Below, piece after piece: positions 24,067-38,594 of a stretch of 64,000 nt of DNA. Origin of the DNA: Haliotis rubra (taxonomy: Eukaryota); NCBI RefSeq assembly GCF_003918875.1, contig NW_025764891.1:9052001-9116000 (forward strand), written 5' to 3'. The translations under genes and the position numbers were made by a program. The number at the start of each line of letters is the position of its first letter. Positions within the stretch are counted from its first letter, which is position 1. The notes under the pieces are model-generated. The model made no database searches, was not told the origin of the DNA, and saw nothing but the letters and a program-made list of their open reading frames with translations.

Positions 24067-25069
24067 TCTTATTTTTTCCACAGTGATATATTGTCATGTA
24101 AGCATGTCCTTCATGTGGTGTTGTGTTGCCTGTTTTATCAGATAAACATGTTACGCTTTCTCATTATCAGCCATTAGCGAGACAGTTGTATGGATATACG
24201 ACTATACCATTAAAAAATAGTAGGGGATATTGGATGTACAAGATTGATAAAATGCAGATGATGAAGCCAAGGAGGAAAGAGATGATGAAGAGAAATTAAG
24301 GGGAAATGTGACAATTTATTCCATTCCTTTGGAAATGTTTCATCTGTATGGATATATATCACTTTTTCTCATATGCATTTGCATTGGCTAGTGGTATGCT
24401 CGAAAAATTGAACATCCCCTACTTTTTTGAATGATATAAATTACAATGAGTATTTCAGTGAAAATAGTATATGTAACTCCCTTACCAAGCAAGTGACATT
24501 GCATCACGTTCTGGTTAACGGTGTTACTATCTATGTCACACTCTTTGTTACTAAGTTGTATATCCATAGGATTATTGCTTTGTTCAGTGTAACAGCTTCT
24601 AACTGACACTTAAAGAAGTTGGCCATGGCCTTCTAGGTGCAGCTTTGGTTTTGCCAAGGGCGTGGCTAAATAGGTGACGTGGAACTGTGGCTATTGCCTC
24701 TTATATGTGTGGCAGGTGATGAGTGACACCAATAAATATGTTTATACAATATATCCCGGTCTTTTGTTGTGTTTGCAAGGTGAAACATCAGGACATGTAT
24801 TCAGAAGGGTATCTTAAACTCCCTATCTCTGTACACCTGAGACTCTGCATGACCTGTTTCAGATGTAGTAGGTTTAAAGTTGCAGTTGGTTTTAGGAGAT
24901 ACACAAATGTCCCATACACCTAACGACTATGAAGATATTGTATACAAATAGGACGATCTTTTGTTAAAGATGAATTTCAAGTATTGCTTGCATGTGAGCG
25001 TTACTCAGCCCTATGGATGTGGAAAGGGTTTTGTTGCTTCTATTGTCTATGAGTGTTGAGATTGTGTTG

Positions 25070-27135
25070 TTTGTCCATGACAAGTAGTTATATAGGTCAT
25101 CCATGACTGTCACGGTTGTGTTGGTTGAAAAAGACAAATGGCTGTTTTGGTCGTCCATGACTGACGGTTGTGTTGGTTGAATAAGACAAATGGCTGTTTT
25201 GGTCGTCCATGACTGACGGTTGTGTTTGTTGAATAAGACAAATGGCTGTTTTGGTCGTCCATGACTGATGGTTGTGTTGGTTGAATAACACAAATGGCTG
25301 TTTTGGTCGTCCATAAATGGCTGTTTTGGTCGTCCATGACTGTCACGGTTGTGTTTGTTGAATAAGACAAATGGCTGTTTTGGTCGTCCATGACTGACGG
25401 GTGTGTTTGTTGAAAAAGACAAATGGCTGTTTTGGTCGTCCATGACTGACGGTTGTGTTGGTTGAAAAAGACAAATGGCTGTTTTGGTCGTCCATGACTG
25501 TCACAGTTGTGTTGGTTGAATAAGACAAATGGCTGTTTTGGTCGTCCAGGACTGACGGTTGTGTTGCTTGAAAAAGACAAATGGCTGTTTTGGTCGTCCA
25601 TGACTGACGGTTGTGTTGGTTGAAAAAGACAAATGGCTGTTTTGGTCGTCCATGACTGACGGTTGTGTTGGTTGAAAAAGACAAATGGCTGTTTTGGTCG
25701 TCCATGACTGTCACGGTTGTGTTTGTTGAAAAAGACAAATGGCTGTTTTGGTCGTCCATGACTGACGGTTGTGTTGGTTGAAAAAGACAAATGGCTGTTT
25801 TGGTCGTCCATGACTGTCACGGTTGTGTTGTTGAATAAGACAAATGGCTGTTTTTCCCTGACTTGCATGGTGTGTCAGTTGAATATGACAAAAAGACAAA
25901 TGGCTGTTTTGATTCGTCCATGACTGACGGTTGTGTTTGTTGAAAAAGACAAATGGCTGTTTTGGTCGTCCATGACTGTCACGGTTGTGTTTGTTGAAAA
26001 AGACAAATGGCTGTTTTGGTCGTCCATGACTGACGGTTGTGTTGGTTGAAAAAGACAAATGGCTGTTTTGGTCGTCCATGACTGTCATGGTTGTGTTGGT
26101 TGAATAAGACAAATGGCTGTTTTGGTCGTCCCTGACTGACGGGTGTGTTGGTTGAATAACACAAATGGCTGTTTTGGTCGTCCATAAATGGCTGTTTTGG
26201 TCGTCCATGACTGACGGTTGTGTTTGTTGAATAAGACAAATGGCTGTTTTGGTCGTCCATGACTGACGGTTGTGTTGGTTGAATAACACAAATAGCTGTA
26301 TTGTTCGTCCATAAATGGCTGTTTTGGTTGTCCATGACTGTCACGGTTGTGTTGGTTGAAAAAGACAAATGGCTGTTTTGGTCGTCCATGACTGACGGTT
26401 GTGTTGGTTGAAAAAGACAAATGGCTGTTTGGTCATCCATAAATGGCTGTTTTGGTTGTCCATGACTGTCACGGTTGTGTTGGTTGAATAACACAAATGG
26501 CTGTTTTGGTCGTCTATGAATGGCTGTTTTGGTTGTCCATGACTGTGACGGTTGTGTTTGTTGAATAACACAAATGGCTGTTTTGGTCGTTCATGACTGT
26601 CACGGTTGTGTTGGTTGAATAACACAAATGGCTGTTTTGGTCGTCCATAAATAACTGTTTTGGTCGTCCATGACTGTGACGGTTTTGTTGGTTGAATAAC
26701 ACAAATGGCTGTTTTGGTCGTCCATAAATGGCTGTTTTGGTCGTCCATGACTGTGACGGTTGTGTTGGTTGAATAACACAAATGGCTGTTTTGGTCATCC
26801 ATAAATGGCTGTTTTGGTTGTCCATGACTGTAACGGTTGTGTTGGTTGAATAACACAAATGGCTGTTTTGGTCATCCATAAATGGCTGTTTTGGTTGTCC
26901 ATGACTGTAACGGTTGTGTTGGTTGAATAACACAAATGGCTGTTTTGGTCATCCATAAATGGCTGTTTTGGTTGTCCATGACTGTGACGGTTGTGTTGGT
27001 TGAATAACACAAATGGCTGTTTTGGTCATCCATAAATGGCTGTTTTGGTTGTCCATGACTGTAACGGTTGTGTTGGTTGAATAACACAAATGGCTGTTTT
27101 GGTCGTCCATGACTGTCGTGATTGTGTTGGTGGTG
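25070..27135. repeat. 52/54/77-bp minisatellite
   Basis: GGTTGTGTTGGTTGAAAAAGACAAATGGCTGTTTTGGTCGTCCATGACTGAC; a 77-bp variant with a 23-bp internal duplication dominates the right end. Confidence 0.95.
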
Positions 27136-27777
27136 TATGACTGTAATGATTGTGCATGAGTTTCATGCTGTGTTCGATGTTCGTGTGTCTCTGGACACAA
27201 GTGTGCCAACCTTCCGACCCGTTTAGTCGCATCACAAGACTAGCATAGCTGAGGACCAATTCTAACACATAATCGAACACCACCAACAACAGGGGATTCC
27301 TTGCATCGTCTATAGATAACCAGCAACCTTTGCTTGGAAGAGATGACAGGGTGGTCTGACTCAGTAGCGTAGATTCCATTCCAGCTGTTTGACTGGCTGA
27401 TCATGAACGTCCTATCTCCACCTGGAAAGCGTGGGTTCGAATCCCGGATGAGATCCAACATCAAACGTGCTGGTGTTTCTACTTTTCTAAGAAGGTATTG
27501 TCCCACATATAACACTTATTACATCTGACCCTTCTCTAAATGACAGTATTCATAACTTTCGGCTATGCGAGAAGTACAAACTTACCCTTGTGGGAGGGAA
27601 CACAAAGATGGTGATGTTGACCCTAAAACTACGACGCTTGTTACATTTACCGATCTACTTCATGTACCTGGATTAATGCTGAGTGCAGAGACAAAGAAAG
27701 AAAGAAAGAAGCAAATGGTATTTGCATAAAATAGAGATACTGATGAAACAATACGAACATATATCCCAACAAAGCAA

Positions 27778-27783
27778 TTTATT
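27778..27783 (-). other. Putative polyadenylation signal of copy 3 (equivalents at 38366-38371 and 51738-51743)
   Basis: AATAAA on the minus strand in a conserved context (plus strand tatcc..aaag.a.tttatt) downstream of the stop codon in all three copies. Confidence 0.55.
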
Positions 27784-28216
27784 GTTGTTTCGTGGTACAG
27801 GCAAAGGGAAGACCATTTGATCCAATGTAAGAAGGATGGTGGTGTTTTTCGGAGGAGAGTCGGGCGAGTTCATGTTGGGATACAAAACTACTGTTCCTTG
27901 TTGAGGATCCCCGTTTTCATTTGACAATGAGTAGAGCTAACATTTGAATGTATATTTTACATGAGCCTCCAACCTGGAATAGGACACCGCCCGGTTTATC
28001 TTCATGGTGACACCTCTGGGTATTGGTCAAGACAAATTAAAATATCAGAAATATATCAGTATTTTGCAACAACGACGCTCCCCCCAAAAAACCCCCAACA
28101 ACAACAAACAAAAACAAAAACAACAACAACAAAAACACAAAACAACAAAAACCCAAAACAAAACAAAACACAAAACCCAAAAAATAGATACATATAATAA
28201 ACAACAACAAAACACA

Positions 28217-28349
28217 NNNNNNNNNNNNNNNNNNNNNNNNNNNNNNNNNNNNNNNNNNNNNNNNNNNNNNNNNNNNNNNNNNNNNNNNNNNNNNNNNNNN
28301 NNNNNNNNNNNNNNNNNNNNNNNNNNNNNNNNNNNNNNNNNNNNNNNNN
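28217..28349. other. Assembly gap (N run) within an A/C-rich low-complexity tract in the copy 3 3' UTR
   Basis: Run of N; the paralogous A-rich tract at 52260-52500 is resolved. Confidence 0.99.
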
Positions 28350-28494
28350 AAACCAGAACCAAAAAAACAACAAAAGCAACAACAAACAAACGAGAAAAAA
28401 ACCCCACTAAACAAAACCGGCCACAGGTAATTAAGACCGATCTCAAACCAAGATGTTACTGCTGCCACATGAACCTCATCCCCTGTTAAATGGT

Positions 28495-31400
28495 CTACTC
28501 GTACCCTGGTAACGGGACTACCATTTGGGTAAGCGTGTCTGGAGCTCGGGATGTAAACTTCGCATACCAGTAAGCTTCATTGTAATACATGTACAAATAG
28601 TCAATATCTTTGTCGCCCCATGTCTTGAAGAACGAGATCAGCCTCTGGGCCAAGACTGGGTCTCCGTCAACGCCGAATATCTCCGTGTGGTTGCCCAGGT
28701 ATTCAGGCATATATGTGTAGGCGATGGCCAGGTCGTAGGTTGGTTGAAAGTCGGGATAGAATCTCACGCCGAGATCATAAAGGGCTTGAAATGCCCGCTG
28801 AACAAAGCTGCCACAGTCCCAGGACTCCGTCCAGTAGGGACCATCTGGAATGAAGTGTTGGTCTGTTTAGTATCACGCCCCAGAAAACATCCATTTTAGT
28901 GTTTTCATAGAGTCTGTTTAATGTATGAGGTATCGCTAAGGTTTAAGACGTAGATGTTGATAAAGTCTGTTGAGAGAATAAGGGTTCTGGCGAATAATGT
29001 CCCGACGTATAACTAGCTCAGACAATTAAGTTGAAGTATAATACAATGTGATTTTTCAGACTTGTACAGCAACGACCATTTAGTGGAAAATAGTACATTT
29101 AATTACTTGTGTTTTACACATCCTACAACTATATTTTATGCAGTGATTCCTGCGGCTCTCGGGGGCGGTGGTGTAAGCTAGTGGTTAAAGCGTTCGCTCG
29201 TCACGCCGAAGATCCGGGTTCGACTCCCCATATGGGTGCACTGTGTGAGGCGCATTTCTGATGTTGTCCGCCCTGATATTGCTAAAATATTGCAAAAAGC
29301 GGCGTAAAACTATAACCCACGTAGACATGGGACTCTCCGATATAACTCCGAAGAGAATCGCAGTAGGCTTTTCCAGGCGGACCACGTGATCAGTCCACCG
29401 GCGAGGGGCTTGGAGAACCATAGTCTTGTTCGTTACTTTAGTCTGCTATCTGATGCCCATATAGTAAGGTGTTGTTGTATGCTAATTTGGCCCCTCACCA
29501 TTATCTATATCTCCTGGACTCGCGTTTCTGTAAACTTACAATAACCCCTGGATCCACTCCGTGGTTCTGGAGATCCGTGAAGATCCGGGTTAGAAATAAT
29601 CTTCAGCAGCCCATGCTTGTCGTAAGAGGCGACTAACGGGATCGGGTGGTCAGGCTCACTGACTAGGTTGACACATGTCATCGTATCTTAATTGCGTAGA
29701 TCGATGTTCATGCAGTTAATCCCTGGATTGTCTGGTCCAGACTCGATTATTTACAGACCGCCGCCATATAGCTGGAACATTGCTGAGTGCGGTGTTAGAC
29801 AACAAACCAACCAAACCAAAACGTAGTTCTTGCGATCGTACATTATCCACTGCTGATGTTAATTTTCAGTTAAAGCAATTTGCAGAAAATGCAAGGACAA
29901 CACGTCAGTTAAGGTAACGCGTATTACCAAGAAAACCAAGACAGCGCTTGTCTTAATGGACATGATGATGACATGTATCTGATATATATGAAAGTAAGAA
30001 TCACCAGGAATTATGTAGTCAAGAACAGAATCGGAATCAAGGCGCTTCAAATACTTTCTCACAGAAATTCAACCCCTGATGGTAGAGGATGCCCCCCAAC
30101 TTACCTCTGGAACGCATCAGATGTGCCGTGTCGCCATAGATACCAGTACTGTTGTCCCACGTGACCCAGTGTGAGAAAGCATTGAGGAGTTTGCCTGAAA
30201 CGATATTTCTATTAGAAAATAAATAGAATGAGATATTAAGTAGAAAATAAGTGAATATATTATGCTTCAACACTAACACAATCGGATCATTCGGAACTAA
30301 CAAACAATTCTCTGGGAAGTAACATTTCATGCTGTATGCGCAATTTGACTTTTTTCTGAGCAAATGAATCTTGGTGAATCTTGTGGACCTACCGGTTGTC
30401 TTCGCCACCGGATGGCGTACTGCTTTTGGCCCTTGGAAGAAGCTGCTGAAGTTGGAACTGAAGCACGATGCGCCCTGGTTACACCAGAGGAACGAATCAT
30501 CTTCCAGCACCGCGGGTCGGGAGCAGTTTATGATGCTGAACATATGGGCCCAGTCCAAGGTGTAGTAGAAGCCAGTGTTGAGGTTGTGCAGGCCAATGCC
30601 GGCGTGATGCGGCATCTAAAGTGAATTAGCGAAAACGTGAGTTGGTTTGGTTTCATACTCAGATGTCTGCGTTTGCTGAGGTTGGTTTGCTGTTCTCAAC
30701 AATAGTCCAGCTATATGGCAGCGTTCTGTTCTTTTGCAAATCCTGCTATCTACCGAAATCTGCAGGGATGCCGAAATCTAAAGGACAGTTTAATTACCAA
30801 GCAAATGTTGATTTCTGAAGGGGGCTTTGCTTAGACTGCATAGACTCGGGAAGATGGGTGACACATTCACTACATATTGTAATCACATGACCCGACGTTT
30901 TCAGCCGCTGCTCAAATACTTCTTTGCGCGAAGGAGGGGTCAAACAATTTCTCTTTGGACCCACAACACATTAGTTTTTAATTCTTCAACACTTTGCTGA
31001 ACACTTTACCCCGTGAATATAAAACGGCCTCCCACAACTTTCTCCCGGAAAGGGGATCGTGGTTTTACCTGGTGTTGGGTGCTTACGCAGAAGAATTGAT
31101 CTTCAGTAACCCTTGCTTGTCGTAAGAGGCGACTAACGGAATCGGGTGGTCGATGCTCATGATGTTGATCACTGAATTGTCTGGTCCAGACTCGATTATT
31201 TACAGACCGCCGCCATAAAGCTGGAATATTACTGACTGCGGCATAAAACTAAACTCACTCACTCACTTATGCAGAAGAGCTGTTAAATATACATATGTGG
31301 TGTTCATACATCCTTCACAGATTGGGTACAAGGTGTGAATCCCAGTTCTGGTGTCCCCCACCGTGATGTTGCTGGAATATTGCTAAAAGCGGCGTAAAAC

Positions 31401-32591
31401 CAAACTCAGTCAGTCAGTCAGTCAGTCCTTCACAGATGTTCTATAGATAGATGACGTTTAGGCGCTGGACACATCGGATCTGTTCTGTTTCTCTTGGTGA
31501 TGCATTTCTGTCTCCAATCGGAATTAATATGGTACCTATTCTCACCACTTTGTCGATAGATGGAACGCGTCTTCCACTTCCCCTCATGCTGTAGATCACT
31601 ATGGTGTCGTCGTCATCAAAAGTCACCATCGGCACTCCGTCGGAACAGAAGTGTTTGTCCTGTGGGTTTTTACAGCGAGGATCCACTGGTGGTCTACTTT
31701 TAAAGCGTCTGGAAATATTAAAAAAGTGAACATGGTTAAAAAGGTTTGTTTGCGTGTTATTTATTACCGCACTAAGCAATATACCAGTGTTGTGATGGAG
31801 TCCTGTAAATATATTCGTATATATCTTTGACGCGTCAAAGAAACAGTCGATCCTTTTCAGTGTGGACACCGTTAGTCCTCGTTCCAAGCCGATGTAGGAC
31901 GTGCAGAGTTACTCATTAACAATGATTCGAGAATCCGATAAATATGTTTTGACAGACCAGTCGACGCACCCCTGTTTAGATGCCACATTCCCATGAGCCC
32001 ATGTTCTTGCATAACAAAGCATGACCTACAAACGACTAAAGTGGTCCTCGGTAATTCGGTTAGAAGTAACTGAACTGTTGAAACGTTGACGTAACGTGTG
32101 TGTCGTATGTTGTATATGTTGTACATATTATGCATATTTATTTTGCATATGGGCCTATGTCCTTCATGAACTAAACTGATTGATTGATCAGGAGAATTTA
32201 CAGTGAATTGTACCGTTCGGAATAGCGAAATAGTAAATAGTTTCATCTTAAAGTTCTAAACAAGCGAAGAAGATAACACTCTACTATAACAATGGTTTGA
32301 AAAGAAAACTTTCTACTCCCGACACCGATTATACATCCCGGCACCGTGTCTTTAGCTTTGGCGGTACTCCCCTACTCCCTTGGAAATTAGCTCTCCAGGG
32401 AAATCCGAAATATACATTTTAGCCTTCCCGGGACAACGAAAAAATAAATTTTAGCCTTCCCGGCACGACACCTTTCAGAACAACGACTCATGTTTATCTC
32501 ACCTATGTGGCATAACATAGTCAAAACTCCCAGCCTCGACTGTCGTCCAAATGATTCCATGAGAAAACAGTATCAGAGCTGTCAGCAACAT
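28495..32591 (-). CDS. CLN5-like paralogue copy 3, complete, 5 exons, 304 aa
   Basis: Exons 32591-32503 (MLLTALILFSHGIIWTTVEAGSFDYVMPHR, signal peptide), 31708-31546, 30615-30393, 30194-30105 and 28844-28495 total 915 nt, open frame. Motifs HHAGIG..YTLDW, WCNQGASC, WDNSTGIY, WTESWDCGSF, PEYLGNHTEIFG, YYNEAYW. Confidence 0.9.
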
Positions 32592-33223
32592 TGTCGATAT
32601 GAAGATGCAAGGTGACTGACTTTGTTATGTTTCTGTTGAAACAAACAACTCATATATAGTTGGAAGGGATATGAAAGGGAAATTAAATATTAGTTAATTA
32701 GTTCACGGGGCACTTCTCCAATCTGTTGACCCGAACACGCCACTGCATGGGTTTATAGGGCTGAATGATAACGTGAGCCTCACATATAATAATGATACAG
32801 AAACAGTTTGCTGTCGTCACTGCATGATCCCCCGGAGAGTTGCTTGTAGTGACCCGGGCACAACAGTGCGTGACCACGTGATCATGTTGTGGTGTAGTTA
32901 GGTCCATGTAAATTCCTATTTTTTTCAGTAATGTCATTGTAAATATTTTGTTGTCGACGTTACATGATGTCATACGGTTTTAATCTCGGAAACTTACCTA
33001 TCAATTGGGAAAATTGTTTCTTGTTACAAGATAGTAAAATAAACAGGTATCTGTGAGCTTTGCTTAATCTCTATGAAAACAGATCTTCTTCAATAGTTCT
33101 GATTTAATAAAATTGTCACAATGTCACGTTGCATCAGTGACATTGTTTAACATGATTTACACTGTTCTGTTTGTCGTCTGTCAGTGACATTGTTCTGCTC
33201 GAAATTTATTAGTGACATTGTCA

Positions 33224-35895
33224 GTGACATTGTTGTGTTGGTTGTCTATCATTTACATTCCCCTATATGTCGTCTGTCTGTGACATTGTTGTGTTGTTTG
33301 TCTGTCATTAACATTCCCCTATATGTCGTCTGTCTGTGACATTGTTGCGTTGGTTGTCTATCATTTACATTCCCCTATATATCGTCTGTGTGACATTGTT
33401 GTGTTGGTTGTCTATCCTTTACATTCCCCTCTATGTCGTTTGTCTGTGACATTGTTGCGTTGGTTGTCTATCATTTACATTCCCCTATATATCGTCTGTG
33501 TGTGACATTGTTGTGTTGGATGTGTATCCTTTACATTCCCCTATATATCGTCTGTCGGGGACATTGTTGCGTTGGTTGTCTATCATTTACATTCCCCTAT
33601 ATATCGTCTGTCTGTGACATTGTTGTGTTGTTTGTCTATCATTTACATTCCCCTGTATGTTGTCTGTCTGTGACATTGTTGTGTTGGTTGTCTATCATTT
33701 ACATTCCCCTATATATCGTCTGTCTGTGACATTGTTGCGTTGGTTGTCTATCATTTACATTCCCCTATATATCGTCTGTGTGTGACATTGTTGTGTTGGT
33801 TGTCTATCATTTACATTCCCCTCTATGTCGTTTGTCGGGGACATTGTTGCGTTGGTTGTCTACCATTTACATTCCCCTATATATCGTCTGTGTGTGACAT
33901 TGTTGTGTTGGTTGTCTATCATTTACATTCCCCTATATGTCGTCTGTCGGGGACATTGTTGCGTTGGTTGTCTATCATTTACATTCCCCTATATATCGTC
34001 TGTGTGTGACATTGTTGCGTTGGTTGTCTATCATTTACATTCCCCTAGATATCGTCTGTCGGGGACATTGTTGCGTTGGTTGTCTATCATTTACATTCCC
34101 CTATATATCGTCTGTGTGTGACATTGTTGTGTTGGTTGTCTATCCTTTACATTCCCCTATATATCGTCTGTCTGTGACATTGTTGTGTTGGTTGTCTATC
34201 GTTTACATTCCCCTATATGTCGTCTGTCGGGGACATTGTTGCGTTGGTTGTCTATCATTTACATTCCCCTATATATCGTATGTGTGTGACATTGTTGCGT
34301 TGGTTGTCTATCATTTACATTCCCCTATATATCGTCTGTGTGTGACATTGTTGCGTTGGTTGTCTATCATTTACATTCCCCTATATATCGTCTGTCGGGG
34401 ACATTGTTGCGTTGGTTGTCTATCATTTACATTCCCCTATATATCGTCTGTGTGTGACATTGTTGTGTTGGTTGTCTATCCTTTACATTCCCCTATATAT
34501 CGTCTGTCTGTGAACATTGTTGTGTTGGTTGTCTATCATTTACACTCCCCTATGTGTCGTCTGTCTGTGACATTGTTGTGTTGGATGTCTATCATTTACA
34601 TTCCCCTATATATCGTCTGTCTGTGACATTGTTGTGTTGGTTGTCTATCATTTACATTCCCCTATATGTCGTCTGTCTGTGACATTGTTGTGTTGTTTGT
34701 CTATCATTTACATTCCCCTATATATCGTCTGTGTGTGACATTGTTGCGTTGGTTGTCTATCATTTACATTCCCCTATATATCGTCTGTGTGTGACATTGT
34801 TGTGTTGGTTGTCTATCATTTACATTCCCCTATTTGTCGTCTGTCTGTGAACATTGTTGTGTTGGTTGTCTATCATTTACACTCCCCTATATGTCGTCTG
34901 TCTGTGACATTGTTGTGTTGGATGTCTATCATTTACATTCCCCTATATATCGTCTGTGTGTGACATTGTTGTGTTGGTTGTCTATCATTTACATTCCCCT
35001 ATATATCGTCTGTCTGTGACATTTTTGTGTTGTTTGTCTATCATTTACATTCCCCTATATGTCGTCTGTCTGTGACATTGTTGCGTTGGTTGTCTATCAT
35101 TTACATTCCCCTATATATCGTCTGTGTGTGACATTGTTGTGTTGGTTGTCTATCATTTACATTCCCCTATTTGTCGTCTGTCTGTGAACATTGTTGTGTT
35201 GGTTGTCTATCATTTACACTCCCCTATATGTCGTCTGTCTGTGACATTGTTGTGTTGGATGTCTATCATTTACATTCCCCTATATATCGTCTGTCTGTGA
35301 CATTGTTGTGTTGGTTGTCTATCATTTACATTCCCCTATATGTCGTCTGTCTGTGACATTTTTGTGTTGTTTGTCTATCATTTACATTCCCCTATTTGTG
35401 GTCTGTCTGTGACATTGTTGTGTTGGTTGTCTATCATTTACTTTCCCCTATATGTCGTCTGTCTGTGACATTGTTGTGTTAGTTGTCTATCATTTACATT
35501 CCCCTATTTGTCGTCTGTCTGTGACATTGGTGTGAAGGTTGTCTATCATTTACATTCCCCTATTTGTCGTCTGTCGGCGACATTGTTGTGTTGGTTGTCT
35601 ATCATTTACATTCCCCTATTTGTCGTCTGTCGGCGACATTGTTGTGTTGGTTGTCTATCATTTACATTCCCCTATTTGTCATCTGTCGGGGACATTGTTG
35701 TGTTGGTTGTCTATAATTTACATTGCCCAGTATGTCCTCTGTCAGTGACATTGCTCTATTTGTCGTCTGTCTGTGACATTGTTGTGTTGGTTGTCTATCA
35801 TTTACATTGCCCAATATGTCCTCTGTCAGTGACATTGCTCTATTTTTCGTCTGTCTGTGACATTGTTGTGTTGGTTGTCTATCATTTACATTGCT
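33224..35895. repeat. 56-bp minisatellite, about 47 copies
   Basis: GTGACATTGTTGTGTTGGTTGTCTATCATTTACATTCCCCTATATGTCGTCTGTCT. Confidence 0.95.
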
Positions 35896-36654
35896 CTATA
35901 TCTATGCCGTTTATTATTGGCATAGCTGCGTTGATAGTTTAAGACTTTCATGGTCACATGTTTGATTAAAAACCTATAATTGTACTGGTTGTCCATCACT
36001 GTTATGGCTGTGCTGGTTGTTTATGATTGTCACGATTATGTTGGTTGTGTTTAATAGTTGCGATAGTTGTCCAAGACAAATGACTGTATTTGACTCTCAT
36101 AGTTGTTGTGTTTGCCTTTTACTGCCATGGTTGCTTGGATGTCCACGATTCCCATCGTTATGTTGCTTATTCATGACCAATGGCTGTGCTCTATGTCAAT
36201 GACTGCCTTAGTTGTGTTGGTTGCCTATGGTTACCGTTGTTGTGTTACTTGTTTATAATTGTTATGTCTGTGTTTGTTACCCATGACTACCATGGCTGTC
36301 CAAGACCAATGGTTGAGCTCCTTGTCCCGATTGTGTTTGTTATCCACCTCTGTCACCTCTGTCACGGTTGCGGTTGCGTTGCGTTGACTGTTCATTTCTA
36401 AGGGCTGTGTTGGTTGTCTATGACTACCATGGTAGTGACGAATGATAATGGTGGTTGTCCGTGATGGTCATTGATGTGCTTCTGTGTTTCGCTTTGTTGT
36501 AAGCTTGTAGACACTCTTTTGGACACAATTGTGTACTAACCGCCCGACCCCTTCAGTCACCTCACAGGACAAGTATAGCTGGGGACCAATTCTAAAGCAA
36601 AATTGAAAACACCAACCACGCTGGATGTAGGAAAAAAAGACACAGGAAAAAACG

Positions 36655-37705
36655 TATGTGAGGAAATGTGATAAGTAACTGTGATTCATGATTGATCCTC
36701 TGTGAGGAACTGTGATTAGTACCTGTGATTCATGATTGACCCTCTGTCAGGAACTGTGATTCATGATTGATCCTCTGTGAGGAACTGTGCTTAATAACTG
36801 TGATAATGATTGATACTCTGTGAGGAACAGTGATCAGTAACTGTGATTTATGAATGATCCTCTGTAAGGAACTGTGATTCATGATTGATCATCTGTGAGG
36901 AACTGTGCTTAGTACCTGTGATTCATGATTGATCCTCTGTGAGGAACTGTGATCAGTAACTGTGATTGATGAATGATCCTCTGTAAGGAACTGTGATTCA
37001 TGGTTAATCATCTGTGAGGAACTGTGCTTAGTAACTGTGATTCATGATTGATCCTCTGTGAGGAACTGTGCTTAGTACCTGTGATTCATGATTGATCCTC
37101 TGTGAGGAACTGTGATCAGTAACTGTGATTTATGATTGACCCTCTGTCAGGAGCTGTGATTCATGATTGATCCTCTGTGAGGAACTGTGCTTAATAACTG
37201 TGATAATGATTGATCCTCTGTGAGGACCTGTTATCAGTAACTGTGATTTATGATTGGTCCTATGTTAGGAACTGTGATTCATGATTGATCATTTGTGAGG
37301 AACTGTGCTTAGTACCTGTGATTCATGATTGATCCTCTGTGAGGAACTGTGATCAGTAACTGTGATTTATGAATGATCCTCTGTAAGGAACTGTGATTCA
37401 TGGTTAATCATCTGTGAGGAACTGTGCTTAGTAACTGTGATTCATGATTGATACTCTGTGAGGAACCGTCATCAGTAACTGTGATTCATGATTGGTCCTC
37501 TGTGAGGATATGTGAGTGAGTGAGTGAGTTATTATTTAACGTCACATCGGCAATATTTCAGCCATATCGTGACGAGAACAGAAATAGCATATATATAGAG
37601 ATTATAAAACCTGCCGACGAAGGACAGTATGAGGATATGTGATCAGTAACTGTGATTCATGACTGATCCTCTGTGAGGAACTGATTTATGATTCATTCTG
37701 TGATT
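36655..37705. repeat. Composite 31/44-bp minisatellite
   Basis: AACTGTGATTCATGATTGATCCTCTGTGAGG with an optional AACTGTGCTTAGT subunit. Confidence 0.9.
37516..37629 (-). mobile_element. 5'-truncated retroposon tail inserted in a minisatellite
   Basis: GATATGGCTGAAATATTGCCGATGTGACGTTAAA plus (ACTC)n on minus; 13-bp TSD TGAGGATATGTGA (37503-37515 and 37630-37642). Confidence 0.8.
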
Positions 37706-38594
37706 TATGATCATAATTAAACATATTAAACAGATACTATACAATTATTGTGACTTTTCTTCCTGTGACTTTTTTCCTTGCCAAAATTGTGACTTATCCG
37801 TGACTTTTTTCCCTGTGACTTTCTTTCCGATGACCACCCCACTACCCACAGCAGACGAACCGGCGATGATTCGTGGCAGATACCCAGCAACCTATGCTTA
37901 AATGGTCACGATTAAAATGGGTCGCGGGGAACGCCAGCAATTCAATCACATGAGTGTCTGTTCCGGAATGGCTTATTATCGGATGTGATTTCGGATCATA
38001 CTGAACCTCAAACACACCAGATTGTGTACTTCTCTAAGAATTTGTGGTCCCAATCATAACACTTGTCACATTTACTTGTTTCCAATTTTCCGAATGACGT
38101 TTAGTGGAATGATCGGAGGATGAATGTGTTAGATTGCTGTGTTAGAGGGGAGGCGATTGGGTGCCTCAGTTTTAAGGGGGTGGATTTAAATCAATGGTGA
38201 GACCCCCAAACCAAAGTACCATAAATGTGTAATTCCAAATATAAGGTTCAATCGTCTTCATATATCTGAATTATTCTGTCCACAATCAAACACTAAGACG
38301 GCAATGATGCTTGCTTCATATGACACTGATTAAAAACAAAGCATAAATATATCCCATCAAAGCATTTTATTGGTGTTCCATGAAATGTTGAACGGCAAAC
38401 TCCAAACTGTTCAATTGACCGTCTTGGAATCGGCCTTGACGAACGTCGATATATAATACAGACAAATGGAAGACCATTTGGTTGAATGCAAGGAGAAGAT
38501 TGAGTGAGTGAGCTAGGCGTTATGCAGCTTTTAGCACTATTCCATCAATATCACGGCGGGGGGACGTCAGAAAGTTAATTCTTTGTTAAATGGT

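Noticed and set aside
24964-27379. Many overlapping repetitive ORFs and a CRISPR-like look
   Set aside because: Minisatellite with no unique spacers; eukaryotic context and no cas genes.
28004-28489. ORFs spanning the N gap and Phe/Val-rich ORFs at 52175-52515
   Set aside because: Low-complexity A/C-rich 3' UTR tracts.
33323-35942. Hydrophobic, Cys-rich repetitive ORFs
   Set aside because: Translations of the 56-bp satellite.
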